A DNA stretch of 64,000 bases from a phage: the sequence record PZ534511.1, one strand, 5' to 3'. Positions 1 through 7,789 of this stretch are shown here, piece by piece. Both the position numbers and the translations under genes were made by a program. The notes below the pieces were generated by a model that saw nothing but the letters and a program-made list of their open reading frames with translations, was not told the DNA's origin and did not search any database. Numbering within the stretch: the stretch's first letter is position 1; the number at the start of each line of letters is the position of its first letter.

Positions 1-120
1 CAGCGTGGCGGTGAAGTCTTTCATTTCGTCACGTGGTGTTTTAGTGCAATACCAGATCTCAGGCTTGCCGATCTGTAAGTTGCGTAAAAATTCTGTTTTG
101 CCTGTTTTGTTAGTGATCAT
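1..120 (-). CDS. hypothetical protein (N-terminal part; gene continues beyond window start)
   Basis: Minus-strand ATG at 118-120 with GAGGT upstream; translation MITNKTGKTEFLRNLQIGKPEIWYCTKTPRDEMKDFTATL runs off the window edge. Confidence 0.3.
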   Translation of the reverse strand, partial: MITNKTGKTEFLRNLQIGKPEIWYCTKTPRDEMKDFTATL

Positions 121-324
121 TTGCCAACCTCACCCGATACCGTTGGAAGACAAGATCATATTAGACATGGTTGCAATCAGGCCAATACCCAGGGCAATAG
201 CTAGGATCACCGCATCAATTAATTTCTGTTTCATCTTGTTTTCCTCTTCTTGTTCCAGGTGGCGGACCATTCCACCGCCTTATGTATTATGCTTTGTAAG
301 ATGGTTGTTTGTTTTCAAACTATT

Positions 325-504
325 TTAACGATAATCATCGTACGCTTTATTAACCTGGCGAATATAACATTCAAAAGCCAGATCAATAGATTTATATTCA
401 CGGATATACTCACCATAGGAAACCACATACATTTCTATAGCTTCCTCATATGCGAGGAGAATAGAATCCAAGCCTACGATCTCAGTCTTTGCAATAATAG
501 CCAT
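325..504 (-). CDS. hypothetical small protein (~59 aa)
   Basis: Minus-strand ORF below the 60 aa track cutoff, found by manual translation (MAIIAKTEIVGLDSILLAYEEAIEMYVVSY...); co-directional with neighbours. Confidence 0.3.
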   Translation of the reverse strand: MAIIAKTEIVGLDSILLAYEEAIEMYVVSYGEYIREYKSIDLAFECYIRQVNKAYDDYR

Positions 505-689
505 GATTTTTATCCTCTTTGTGGTTGGTGGGGCTTGCCCCTTTGATTTATATACTACAGTCTTATATGGTCATGTCAACTATTTTCAAAAAATTTTTCT
601 GCTGTGATATTTTTCCCGGTAGGGTTCGCTACTTTCAAAATTCTATCATGCACCGGACGCCCAAAAGAATAAGCGCCGTACACAGTAAA

Positions 690-881
690 CTAATAATCGC
701 CGTCAGGTTGTACTATTACCGCCGCATAGGGTACGCCTTTTTCGTTATTGCTGACAAAATAGATCACGTTGCCATTAATAGCCTCGGTGCGTTTAATTTG
801 TTCCATCATGATGATTTGCCTCTCTTTATTTTCATAATTGGGGGCCTTTTCGGCCCCGCCAGGTTTATTTGTTGATAGCAT
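690..881 (-). CDS. hypothetical small protein (likely starts at internal ATGATG near 806)
   Basis: Track ORF; internal Met pair preceded by AGAGAGG RBS; the upstream part overlaps a GGGGCC..GGCCCC hairpin. Confidence 0.3.
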   Translation of the reverse strand: MLSTNKPGGAEKAPNYENKERQIIMMEQIKRTEAINGNVIYFVSNNEKGVPYAAVIVQPDGDY

Positions 882-1149
882 GCAGCGGGAAAGGTACGCC
901 AGGTTGATAGATAACTTTTACAACCTCATCAGGACAAAAGAAGTTGCAGAACTCACCGCAATAGGCCTCATCCTCTTTTAGCTCTTCATCGACATACTCA
1001 AAAAAGTAGTCGATGCTTGGATAATCCTGACCGGGATTATAGTCAACCATTGTCAGGACTAGTTCAAGATCGTTGCGTAGGATATGCATACCCGCTTTTA
1101 AGTATTTTGCTTCCATTTCTACTACATCGCCAACGGTAACAATAGCCAT
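865..1149 (-). CDS. hypothetical acidic early protein
   Basis: Track ORF 94 aa; RBS ATAGGAG upstream; promoter-like TTGCAT..GATAAT plus 5'-UTR hairpin upstream. Confidence 0.5.
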   Translation of the reverse strand: MAIVTVGDVVEMEAKYLKAGMHILRNDLELVLTMVDYNPGQDYPSIDYFFEYVDEELKEDEAYCGEFCNFFCPDEVVKVIYQPGVPFPLHAINK

Positions 1150-1374
1150 GGTTTTAACTCCTATCTATCCGGTTAATGATTGGGGGCCGCCCCCCTGACA
1201 CGTCCTATTATCCATATTGTAGGGCTTGATGCAAGTACTTCTTTAAAAATTTTTTAAGCGCCTTGGGGGCCGCTGTAGCGCCAAAATAATAAAGGCCATG
1301 CAACCGCATAGCCTTTATGTGATTATATCGCTGCAGGCCCTGCCATGGGCCTTATTTTGCATCATTTGCTGGAA

Positions 1375-1695
1375 TTATTCAGAGAAAACATCGTTCACAA
1401 TAGCGATCACAATGCCGCCCACCTTGTCACGGTCAACAATGCACAAATCACCATAGATCATGTGGTAGTCTGGATGATCTTTCACGGAATAGTCAATGAG
1501 TGTCTTCTTATCGTCCAGCTTTTTGACTTCCATGGTCATTGTAATGAATTGATCGTTAAATGCACTATTGCGGAAGATCATTACCTGGCCGCCTTGACAT
1601 CCAGTGATCTCAACTTCCACGCCGTCTACGATCTGACCATCAAAGAAATAAAGATTATTGGCGGGTATAAACATGATCATTGCTCCTTTTTGCAC
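1375..1695 (-). CDS. hypothetical protein
   Basis: Track ORF 106 aa; RBS AAAGGAG before ATG; preceded by a copy of the 45 bp promoter-hairpin repeat. Confidence 0.5.
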   Translation of the reverse strand: MQKGAMIMFIPANNLYFFDGQIVDGVEVEITGCQGGQVMIFRNSAFNDQFITMTMEVKKLDDKKTLIDYSVKDHPDYHMIYGDLCIVDRDKVGGIVIAIVNDVFSE

Positions 1696-1718
1696 TGATT
1701 ATTTTAACAGGGTTTAAA

Positions 1719-1763
1719 TTTACTTTATTGATGGTCCTGGAGTCAAGACCATCTAAAAATAAA
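1719..1763 (-). repeat. 45 bp intergenic promoter-hairpin repeat, copy 1 (GATGGTC..GACCATC variant)
   Basis: Near-identical to copies at 5426-5470 and 6059-6103; contains TTGACT -35-like element and TAAAYT -10-like element on the minus strand; stem carries a compensatory C>T / G>A change. Confidence 0.7.
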
Positions 1764-1765
1764 TT

Positions 1766-2035
1766 TTACAGGCCTACAATCTCTTTGATTCGTTTAACTG
1801 CTGCCTCAGCGCCTTGGGGGTAGAAATTATGATAACCAATCACGCGGGTAATACTGATCGCCACCTGATGATCTTCATAATACCCCTTGAATATTTCTTG
1901 ACCATCAACCAGCACAGCAATTTTTTCTTCTTTTTTGAAGTTAATAACGCGGATATTGTTGCTCATTTTGTTTCTCCTTTTGGAACTTTGTCTATGTGGT
2001 GGGGGAGTGTCTCCCCGTTGATTGTTATTATCCAT
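1766..2035 (-). CDS. hypothetical protein (probable start at internal Met near 1966, MSNNIRVINF...)
   Basis: Track ORF; internal ATG preceded by AAAAGGAGAAAC RBS; promoter TTGCAA-16-GATAAT and GGGGAG..CTCCCC UTR hairpin upstream. Confidence 0.5.
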   Translation of the reverse strand: MDNNNQRGDTPPPHRQSSKRRNKMSNNIRVINFKKEEKIAVLVDGQEIFKGYYEDHQVAISITRVIGYHNFYPQGAEAAVKRIKEIVGL

Positions 2036-2213
2036 ATTCTGGACCGGATTGCAACACCCCGGAAGAAAAATTTTTTGAAAAGTTAGGCCCCCAGGGATCG
2101 GGGGCCGTTATCAGGTGCGTACAGCGATAAAATACATCCCTACGCCTAACAATATTTCAAGGGCGATGATCTCCAGCCATACCATAACACGGCGCGCCTT
2201 ATCGGTGCGGGGC

Positions 2214-2396
2214 TTATCCTTGGGTGTCATCGTCTCCCCCTTTCCTCCTGTTAGTAGTGACGTGGTTTGCAATGGCCCCCAGGAGTATTATCACCACGCA
2301 CATTACAAGAAAAATTATCTCTGTCGTTGTTCGATCCATTGTTATAAAATTCCTTAAGATCAGGCCTGAAAATAAAGCTTTCATTATTGAATCCAT
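2214..2396 (-). CDS. hypothetical small membrane protein (probable start at internal Met near 2339)
   Basis: Track ORF; hydrophobic stretch IIFLVMCVVIILLGAIA; AAGGAA RBS before the internal ATG. Confidence 0.3.
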   Translation of the reverse strand: MDSIMKALFSGLILRNFITMDRTTTEIIFLVMCVVIILLGAIANHVTTNRRKGGDDDTQG

Positions 2397-2449
2397 CCCG
2401 CCAGGCGGCTGGCCTCAAATCTTCACTAAATGGATTAATTAACGTGGTA

Positions 2450-2854
2450 TTATTTAAACGGCTGGCCCACATATTTTCTATTCCTCTCAAATAAGCGATC
2501 CGCCTCAGTTAAACAAATCTCATGGGCGTGATCTCTGGTTTTAGCTTCATCGAAAACCTGTTGTGCAAGGCTGCAACGTAGGGAGACTGGAAGATCACTA
2601 TAATAGGCGTTGACAAACGTTTGAGCGTCGTACAGGTCTGAAAATACTTTACCCTTTCTATTATTCCCCTTGTCAACAATTGCAAGGATAACCAATACAA
2701 TAGTTGCAACCACCCCCAGGAAAATAGATATAATAAACCATAAAAAGGCGGATCTTCCCATCTTGCCAGCGATCCAGGCGTTAAACAAGGCAACCAATAC
2801 AGCCAAAATAATAAATTCCATTCTATGTACCTCTTTTACAGTTCTGATTAACAA
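2450..2854 (-). CDS. hypothetical membrane protein
   Basis: Track ORF; two predicted TM segments (FIILAVLVALFNAWIAG, FLWFIISIFLGVVATIVLVILAIV); probable start at MEFIIL. Confidence 0.5.
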   Translation of the reverse strand: MLIRTVKEVHRMEFIILAVLVALFNAWIAGKMGRSAFLWFIISIFLGVVATIVLVILAIVDKGNNRKGKVFSDLYDAQTFVNAYYSDLPVSLRCSLAQQVFDEAKTRDHAHEICLTEADRLFERNRKYVGQPFK

Positions 2855-2885
2855 TAAGGCGGCAAATATGCCGCCTGTTACCTGA

Positions 2886-3266
2886 TTAAAAATTATCGCC
2901 GTAAATCTTTCCGCTTTCTACCCATACCACCACGCGAGGCATACTATCCCACACGTCTTGTTTTAGATTGAGCGCGTGCAATTCTTCGGTGGTGCTCATA
3001 CCGGGCACGGGCTGATTGTATACTGCAAAACGACCACCCGCATAATCATAGGCTAGAGTTAAATCACACTGGATCATCTTTTTGATCATGGCATTAAGCA
3101 TGGCGTTAGCCGCATACTGATCACGTTTTAAAGGCAACTCTTTGATTAGTTTGCGATAGTTTTCGATATGGTCGCACACTGTTTCACGCGGAAGATCTTT
3201 CATATCCTCGCGAAAGGTAACCAGGTTAAACATAACGGTGTCAATAGCTTTAGTAGTGTTTTTCAT
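2886..3266 (-). CDS. hypothetical protein
   Basis: Track ORF 126 aa; RBS AGAGGAAAAC; promoter TTGCAA-16-TATATT at 3321-3348. Confidence 0.55.
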   Translation of the reverse strand: MKNTTKAIDTVMFNLVTFREDMKDLPRETVCDHIENYRKLIKELPLKRDQYAANAMLNAMIKKMIQCDLTLAYDYAGGRFAVYNQPVPGMSTTEELHALNLKQDVWDSMPRVVVWVESGKIYGDNF

Positions 3267-3320
3267 GATGTTTTCCTCTTTGTTTTGTGTGGGGGCAAAC
3301 GTCTTGCCCCCTTGAGTTTT

Positions 3321-3348
3321 AATATAGCAGGTTTTTAGGTTATTGCAA
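3321..3348 (-). promoter_or_regulatory. sigma70-like promoter (TTGCAA-16-TATATT) followed by GGGGGCAA..TTGCCCCC 5'-UTR hairpin
   Basis: Hexamers and spacing read directly on the minus strand upstream of the 2886..3266 gene. Confidence 0.5.
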
Positions 3349-3356
3349 CACTTTAT

Positions 3357-3980
3357 TTATGAAAAAGTCATCTCGCCATCTTCATCCACATCAAACCGCC
3401 AATCATTGGCCTCGATAAGGCCGATCAGGTTTTCGGTAGTGAATTGTTCAAGATAGGCCCCCTCCAGGTCTACGTAAACCTTGCGGGATAGCTCCCGTAC
3501 CGTCTCGGTGATCAGCTCTTCCAGGTCTTCCACTTTGTTTTCTTGTTTGGCGGTCAGATCTAGCCAGGTGGTATCAATGTATCCGCTTACAGTGTTTTCA
3601 TGGCTGTAATGGCTGTACTTGTCGCGTTCAACACTGGCTGATAACTCGCCATCGTGCATTGTGCCGAACAAGTGACGAATTGATCGGAACTTGGTCAGGG
3701 CCTTTACTTTACGCAAAAATTTTTCTAAATCCACGTTTTCAGCACTGATTGAAGCGCCGTCACCCTGGCACCAAAAGCCGGACCAATGTACTTCGGTATC
3801 TTCAAGGCCGTACTCTGGAAAGATATATTCTTTGTAGTGTTCAATTACACTTTCTGCAAAAAAGTCATCCCCGCTGTGTTCTTCTCTTTCGCGTACCATT
3901 TCAATGGCTTTTTCTTTTTGTTCGTCGGTCAGCACGTCGAAAGATAAATTGTAACCTGTGGTAATGTTAACGGTGGTCAT
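3357..3980 (-). CDS. hypothetical acidic early protein (207 aa)
   Basis: Track ORF; strong RBS AACAGGAGAAAATATC; highly acidic; preceded by promoter TTGACA-16-TATACT. Confidence 0.6.
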   Translation of the reverse strand: MTTVNITTGYNLSFDVLTDEQKEKAIEMVREREEHSGDDFFAESVIEHYKEYIFPEYGLEDTEVHWSGFWCQGDGASISAENVDLEKFLRKVKALTKFRSIRHLFGTMHDGELSASVERDKYSHYSHENTVSGYIDTTWLDLTAKQENKVEDLEELITETVRELSRKVYVDLEGAYLEQFTTENLIGLIEANDWRFDVDEDGEMTFS

Positions 3981-4036
3981 GATATTTTCTCCTGTTTTCT
4001 TTGTTAGTGGCGGGAAGTTTTCCCGTTTACGTGTTT

Positions 4037-4064
4037 AAGTATACTTATCAAGATTTACTTGTCA
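4037..4064 (-). promoter_or_regulatory. sigma70-like promoter (TTGACA-16-TATACT) with downstream GGCGGGAA..TTCCCG 5'-UTR hairpin (4010-4026)
   Basis: Read on the minus strand: TTGACAagtaaatcttgataagTATACT, then hairpin, then RBS and ATG of the 3357..3980 gene. Confidence 0.6.
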
Positions 4065-4315
4065 ACACTATTTTTTAAATTATTGTGGCGCAAAATGTTT
4101 AAAATCTCCTCAACGTCATCAACACGGCGGCAATTTTTAAACGCTACCAATTGCCCCATGATTTTAATCACTGGGCGGCCTTGCCAGTGCCCCTGGAGAA
4201 AGCGCGCCTTGACTTTATCGGTGGAACTATCACGCCACCAAATAGCCTTGTTGTTGCAGTAGTAAAAATTATTCAGGACAACATCAACTTTATCAAAATT
4301 TTTTAATTTACGCAT
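4055..4315 (-). CDS. hypothetical protein
   Basis: Track ORF 86 aa; co-directional early gene. Confidence 0.45.
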   Translation of the reverse strand: MRKLKNFDKVDVVLNNFYYCNNKAIWWRDSSTDKVKARFLQGHWQGRPVIKIMGQLVAFKNCRRVDDVEEILNILRHNNLKNSVDK

Positions 4316-4533
4316 GGCGTTTACTCCTTTCTCTCTTTGATGTGGTTAGTATAGCTAACCTGTTGACGATGTCAATGATATTTTTAACGCCATAAAACGG
4401 CCTTGGGCGATGTTTTCAGGTTAAAGGGGGCGATTGCATAGGTGGGGGCCTTTTTGGCGCTTACAGGGCCAACCAGGGGCGCTATTCGTAGGATAGAAAT
4501 AAAAAGCCCCGCACAATGGCGGGGCGTTGGTTG

Positions 4534-4755
4534 TTATTTGTCTTTATGGCGGTATCGTTCTGCCTGTCGTTCACGTTCCAAAAGTAGGCCGGGCAATTTA
4601 CGATCATAATGATTACGCCAGATCTTCCCAAACCTTTTTGGCTTATTCAGTTTATTGTTACGCTGGCGGCGTTCTGGCAGCTCTTCGGAATCATGAGGGC
4701 GCTTTACAATTTTCTCGAAATTAATTTTCATATATTCCCCCCTTGCTAACTTCAA
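4534..4755 (-). CDS. hypothetical small basic protein
   Basis: Track ORF; Arg/Lys-rich; probable start at MKINFEKIV. Confidence 0.4.
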   Translation of the reverse strand: MKLARGEYMKINFEKIVKRPHDSEELPERRQRNNKLNKPKRFGKIWRNHYDRKLPGLLLERERQAERYRHKDK

Positions 4756-5137
4756 TATTGGCCTGAATAGCCCGGATACGGCGCTTTATAACTTCCTGAT
4801 CTGTGTGATCGTATCCCCAAAAGTCTACAATTTTTGCGCCCCCAGCCTTTAGGCGGTATAGTGTTTCCTGCATTTTGTAAGCCGGGATCGGTCGCGGTGT
4901 TACCTGGTCGCCCTTCTCATTCTTGTACTTGATAATGTAGTCTTCATTGTCGTTGAATACCCAAAATGGGTATTCTGTGAGCGCGTTGCTCTCTTTTTCG
5001 TTTTTAGATTGGATCTTGTTTACAATTAAAGCCGTAGCAATAGCGCCAATAATAAAACTTGCCCCGCTGATCATGTACTTTCTCCTTTCATTGTGTTGAT
5101 AAACTGTCTTTATAGATGGCCCTGCTACCAGGACCAC
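4721..5137 (-). CDS. hypothetical membrane-anchored protein (probable start near 5074, MISGASF...)
   Basis: Track ORF; internal ATG preceded by AAAGGAGAAAG RBS; N-terminal TM helix FIIGAIATALIV. Confidence 0.5.
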   Translation of the reverse strand: MVLVAGPSIKTVYQHNERRKYMISGASFIIGAIATALIVNKIQSKNEKESNALTEYPFWVFNDNEDYIIKYKNEKGDQVTPRPIPAYKMQETLYRLKAGGAKIVDFWGYDHTDQEVIKRRIRAIQANIEVSKGGIYEN

Positions 5138-5149
5138 CGAAAAAACAGC

Positions 5150-5395
5150 TTATTTGACGATACCGACAAAACAGATCCCGCCTTCCCCTATATAGGCAAT
5201 ATCGGTAATTTTATAATTTGTCAAGATCCGCGTGTTCAGATCATTAATAAAATCGGTCATCGCGTTGGTGTAGTTGTCTTCCGTGTCTAAGGCATAATCC
5301 CAGGTGTAAACCTTTTTACGTCCGAAGCCTTTTACCATGATACGGGCGCTTTTGGTGTTGGTGGGCGCATAATATTTTGTGATTAGTGCTGCCAT
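5150..5395 (-). CDS. hypothetical protein
   Basis: Track ORF 81 aa; RBS AATGAGGAG; preceded by 45 bp repeat copy 2. Confidence 0.5.
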   Translation of the reverse strand: MAALITKYYAPTNTKSARIMVKGFGRKKVYTWDYALDTEDNYTNAMTDFINDLNTRILTNYKITDIAYIGEGGICFVGIVK

Positions 5396-5425
5396 GGTTT
5401 TAACTCCTCATTAGTTCAGTGTTAA

Positions 5426-5470
5426 CAGTGTAAAGTTTACTTTATTGATGGCCCTGGAGTCAAGGCCATC
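5426..5470 (-). repeat. 45 bp intergenic promoter-hairpin repeat, copy 2
   Basis: TTTACTTTATTGATGGCCCTGGAGTCAAGGCCATCTAAAAATAAA; identical to copy 3. Confidence 0.7.
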
Positions 5471-5482
5471 TAAAAATAAATT

Positions 5483-5824
5483 TTACTCGTTTTCTTCCAG
5501 CTCTGAAAGCTCTTCTTTCATTTCTTCCAGCTCTGTCTGCAATTCCTGGTATTCTTCATCGTCCTCAATATCCAGGCTGTCGATGTAGTCGCTAAATCCG
5601 CAGCGGTAAGCGATAGGATCTAACTCCTTGAGGATACGCGACGGAAGAAAAGAAATGTTTCCGATCATAATTTCGCCGTAGATCTCGTCTAACCATTCAT
5701 CATAGTTTTCGTCGTACTTGTCCTCGTCGATTTCAAAGTTATCGATCTTATTCTCAAGGTCTGCGATCTGTTTTTTCAGTTCAGCGATCTGCATAGCTTT
5801 TTCTGCGGCGGTCATAGTAGTCAT
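5483..5824 (-). CDS. hypothetical highly acidic coiled-coil early protein (113 aa)
   Basis: Track ORF; Asp/Glu very abundant (EELQTELEEMKEELSELEENE); driven by consensus promoter at 5875-5902. Confidence 0.55.
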   Translation of the reverse strand: MTTMTAAEKAMQIAELKKQIADLENKIDNFEIDEDKYDENYDEWLDEIYGEIMIGNISFLPSRILKELDPIAYRCGFSDYIDSLDIEDDEEYQELQTELEEMKEELSELEENE

Positions 5825-5874
5825 GGTGTTTTTCTCCTTTTGTGTATTCTGGGAAGTTTTCCCGTTTATGTGCT

Positions 5875-5902
5875 TATTATATCGATTTAAGTTAGCTTGT
5901 CA
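5875..5902 (-). promoter_or_regulatory. consensus sigma70-like promoter (TTGACA-16-TATAAT) followed by GGGAAGTTTTCCC 5'-UTR hairpin (5850-5863)
   Basis: Minus strand reads TTGACAagctaacttaaatcgaTATAAT; both hexamers perfect consensus. Confidence 0.65.
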
Positions 5903-6058
5903 ATTAAAAGTTTAAGAAAAATTTTGCGACACCGTTGGCGCTACCCATCAACATTTGCGCCAGGATGTACCCAATGATGCAAACGATAATAGTTACCTTT
6001 GTGTGCTGGCGTGTAGTACTCATCTTTAAGCCCCCCTTTCCGCTCAACTGTGGTTAGT

Positions 6059-6103
6059 TTACTTTATTGATGGCCCTGGAGTCAAGGCCATCTAAAAATA
6101 AAC
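6059..6103 (-). repeat. 45 bp intergenic promoter-hairpin repeat, copy 3
   Basis: Identical to copy 2. Confidence 0.7.
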
Positions 6104-6499
6104 TCAGTAAGTTTTCAGTACTTTCCCGTCCAACCTGTCTAACTGAATCTCAATAGCTGCAGAAAACCTATTGTAAACCACATCGCCCAGGGAGTCCAGC
6201 CAATCTATGACGTTATACACCTGCTCTTTATTCTTGCAAGTCCGGATCCGTTTCATTACGTAAGACGGATCAATATTAGCGCTCTCGTTGTTGTGGTCAT
6301 GCGCCTGGCCTGCTGCGCTAGTTATAGATTTTACAACCACCTGAAAGGGCTTTAAGGTGCCTTTTGCGTTCATCTCACGCGCTTTCGCGGCGCGGTTGTT
6401 GTATGTTACACAACGGTGGCAAATGTTGACCAAATGCATATCAATAATTTTTTCATCGTTTGCCAGTTCGTTCATGATGCGGCGTACGTTCTTATTCAT
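6104..6499 (-). CDS. hypothetical protein
   Basis: Track ORF 131 aa; RBS AAAGGAAAAAAGATC; promoter TTGACA-16-TAAACT at 6549-6576 with 5'-UTR hairpin 6523-6540. Confidence 0.55.
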   Translation of the reverse strand: MNKNVRRIMNELANDEKIIDMHLVNICHRCVTYNNRAAKAREMNAKGTLKPFQVVVKSITSAAGQAHDHNNESANIDPSYVMKRIRTCKNKEQVYNVIDWLDSLGDVVYNRFSAAIEIQLDRLDGKVLKTY

Positions 6500-6548
6500 G
6501 ATCTTTTTTCCTTTGTGTTGGCGGGAAACATTCCCGCCTTTTGTGTAT

Positions 6549-6576
6549 AGTTTACTTGAATTTTGCAGCGTGTCAA
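6549..6576 (-). promoter_or_regulatory. sigma70-like promoter (TTGACA-16-TAAACT) with GGCGGGAA..TTCCCGCC 5'-UTR hairpin
   Basis: Read on the minus strand upstream of the 6104..6499 gene. Confidence 0.55.
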
Positions 6577-6583
6577 TAATTTT

Positions 6584-6982
6584 TTATTCGTGGGCACATG
6601 TTACAATGTGTTTTTTATAGCCCAGGTGGTCAGCAAGTGCCGACAAAAACTCTTCTTCGTAGATCCAGCCGTCGGCAGTGATCCCCATAGCATTTAATGC
6701 GCCCTCAAGTGCTGCGTTAGCTTTATCGTAACCGTGACCGCTCGCCTTGCCGCCAGTATAACCGTACTTATTGTTCTTGTTGTCGTGAATCCAAAACACG
6801 CAGTAGTGAGTGTTCCCGCTGGCGGCGGCATAATACCGGATCTCAGCTACTTCGTGCAAATTATTGTCATCGTCCAGGCCCACCAGATTATAAGCCTTGT
6901 AAAATCCACGATCACGGCGGCAGTTCTTGACATCAGAAAAAGAAAAGTCCGCATTATCAAAATTAAAGGTAGTGGTTTTCAT
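6584..6982 (-). CDS. hypothetical protein
   Basis: Track ORF 132 aa; RBS AAGAGGATAAAATC. Confidence 0.55.
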   Translation of the reverse strand: MKTTTFNFDNADFSFSDVKNCRRDRGFYKAYNLVGLDDDNNLHEVAEIRYYAAASGNTHYCVFWIHDNKNNKYGYTGGKASGHGYDKANAALEGALNAMGITADGWIYEEEFLSALADHLGYKKHIVTCAHE

Positions 6983-7046
6983 GATTTTATCCTCTTAGTG
7001 TCTTTTGTGCTTTTAGTGTATTTGGTGTCGGACTATATGTCAATAC

Positions 7047-7322
7047 TTATTTTTTATTAAACCAGTGGTTGATCTGTCCTTTTGTCAGGGCGCAACGATC
7101 AAGCTGTTGCAGGGTATAGCTATGACCGCGACGAAATTTATAAAGGCCTTGCCCGTTGTTAATGGTTACATCCACCCGGCAAATCACTTGATTGGTGACC
7201 ACCTGGCGAGTGTTGCGACGTACTTTGATCCCGTATGCGTTCATAAATTTATCCTCTTTACTGGTTAGTGCGGTGTTGTTCACCTTGTAGGGTAATAATA
7301 CCATGATTAACCTTGTTGTCAA
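7047..7322 (-). CDS. hypothetical small basic protein (probable start near 7244, MNAYGIKVRR...)
   Basis: Track ORF; internal ATG preceded by AAAGAGGATAAATTT RBS; promoter-like TTGACA..TATTAC upstream. Confidence 0.45.
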   Translation of the reverse strand: MTTRLIMVLLPYKVNNTALTSKEDKFMNAYGIKVRRNTRQVVTNQVICRVDVTINNGQGLYKFRRGHSYTLQQLDRCALTKGQINHWFNKK

Positions 7323-7325
7323 CGA

Positions 7326-7571
7326 CTATTTTAAATTATTTTTATGATAGAATCCACCTGCCGCCCCCCGCCAGGTTAACCACCATTTTTTTTCGTACTC
7401 TTCTTTATGTTCCAACGCTCCCGCCATAACCTTTTCAACCAGGGCGATAGCTTCCGTATCATTAATCACTACATTTCCCAGGCGAGTAGCATTACCTTTC
7501 ATTTTTGTACCTCTTCTGTAGCTGTTTACTTTATAGTGCGGACCTGCCAGGCTGGCCCCGCCAGGTTGCAA
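7326..7571 (-). CDS. hypothetical small protein (probable start near 7502, MKGNATRLGN...)
   Basis: Track ORF; internal ATG preceded by AGAAGAGGTACAAAA RBS; the N-terminal extension overlaps GC-rich hairpin sequence. Confidence 0.4.
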   Translation of the reverse strand: MQPGGASLAGPHYKVNSYRRGTKMKGNATRLGNVVINDTEAIALVEKVMAGALEHKEEYEKKWWLTWRGAAGGFYHKNNLK

Positions 7572-7610
7572 CGGTTAGCGCATCAGGTTAGAAAAATTTT
7601 TTGAAAAGTG

Positions 7611-7639
7611 TTGACAGCGGCCCCGCCAGGCGGCATAAT
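7611..7639 (+). promoter_or_regulatory. plus-strand sigma70-like promoter (TTGACA-17-CATAAT)
   Basis: Near-consensus hexamers with 17 bp spacer; faces away from the minus-strand early genes into a noncoding region. Confidence 0.55.
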
Positions 7640-7645
7640 ATACCT

Positions 7646-7745
7646 ATCGAAAGGACGGCAGGCACCGGTGACGGGGGAGACAACCACCGGGGATGGGCGC
7701 TTCATAAAATGAGAACGGTTATCATTATCATTTAAAAATTTATGC
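7646..7745 (+). ncRNA. candidate small structured RNA, unit A (GC-rich stem-loop with GAGACAA loop motif, then AT-rich hairpin and U-rich tail)
   Basis: Lies just downstream of the 7611-7639 promoter; no ORF with RBS; shares GGGAGACAAYCACCGGG and GAGAAYNNTTATCATT motifs with unit B. Confidence 0.35.
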
Positions 7746-7789
7746 AAAAAATCCTTGCCTTCTTTGTCCTGTGTGATACTATAATAACA

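Noticed and set aside
1719-1763. 45 bp repeat copies as rho-independent terminators
   Set aside because: The hairpin is not followed by a U-tract on either strand; the embedded TTGACT/TAAAYT hexamers with 18 bp spacing fit a promoter or operator role better
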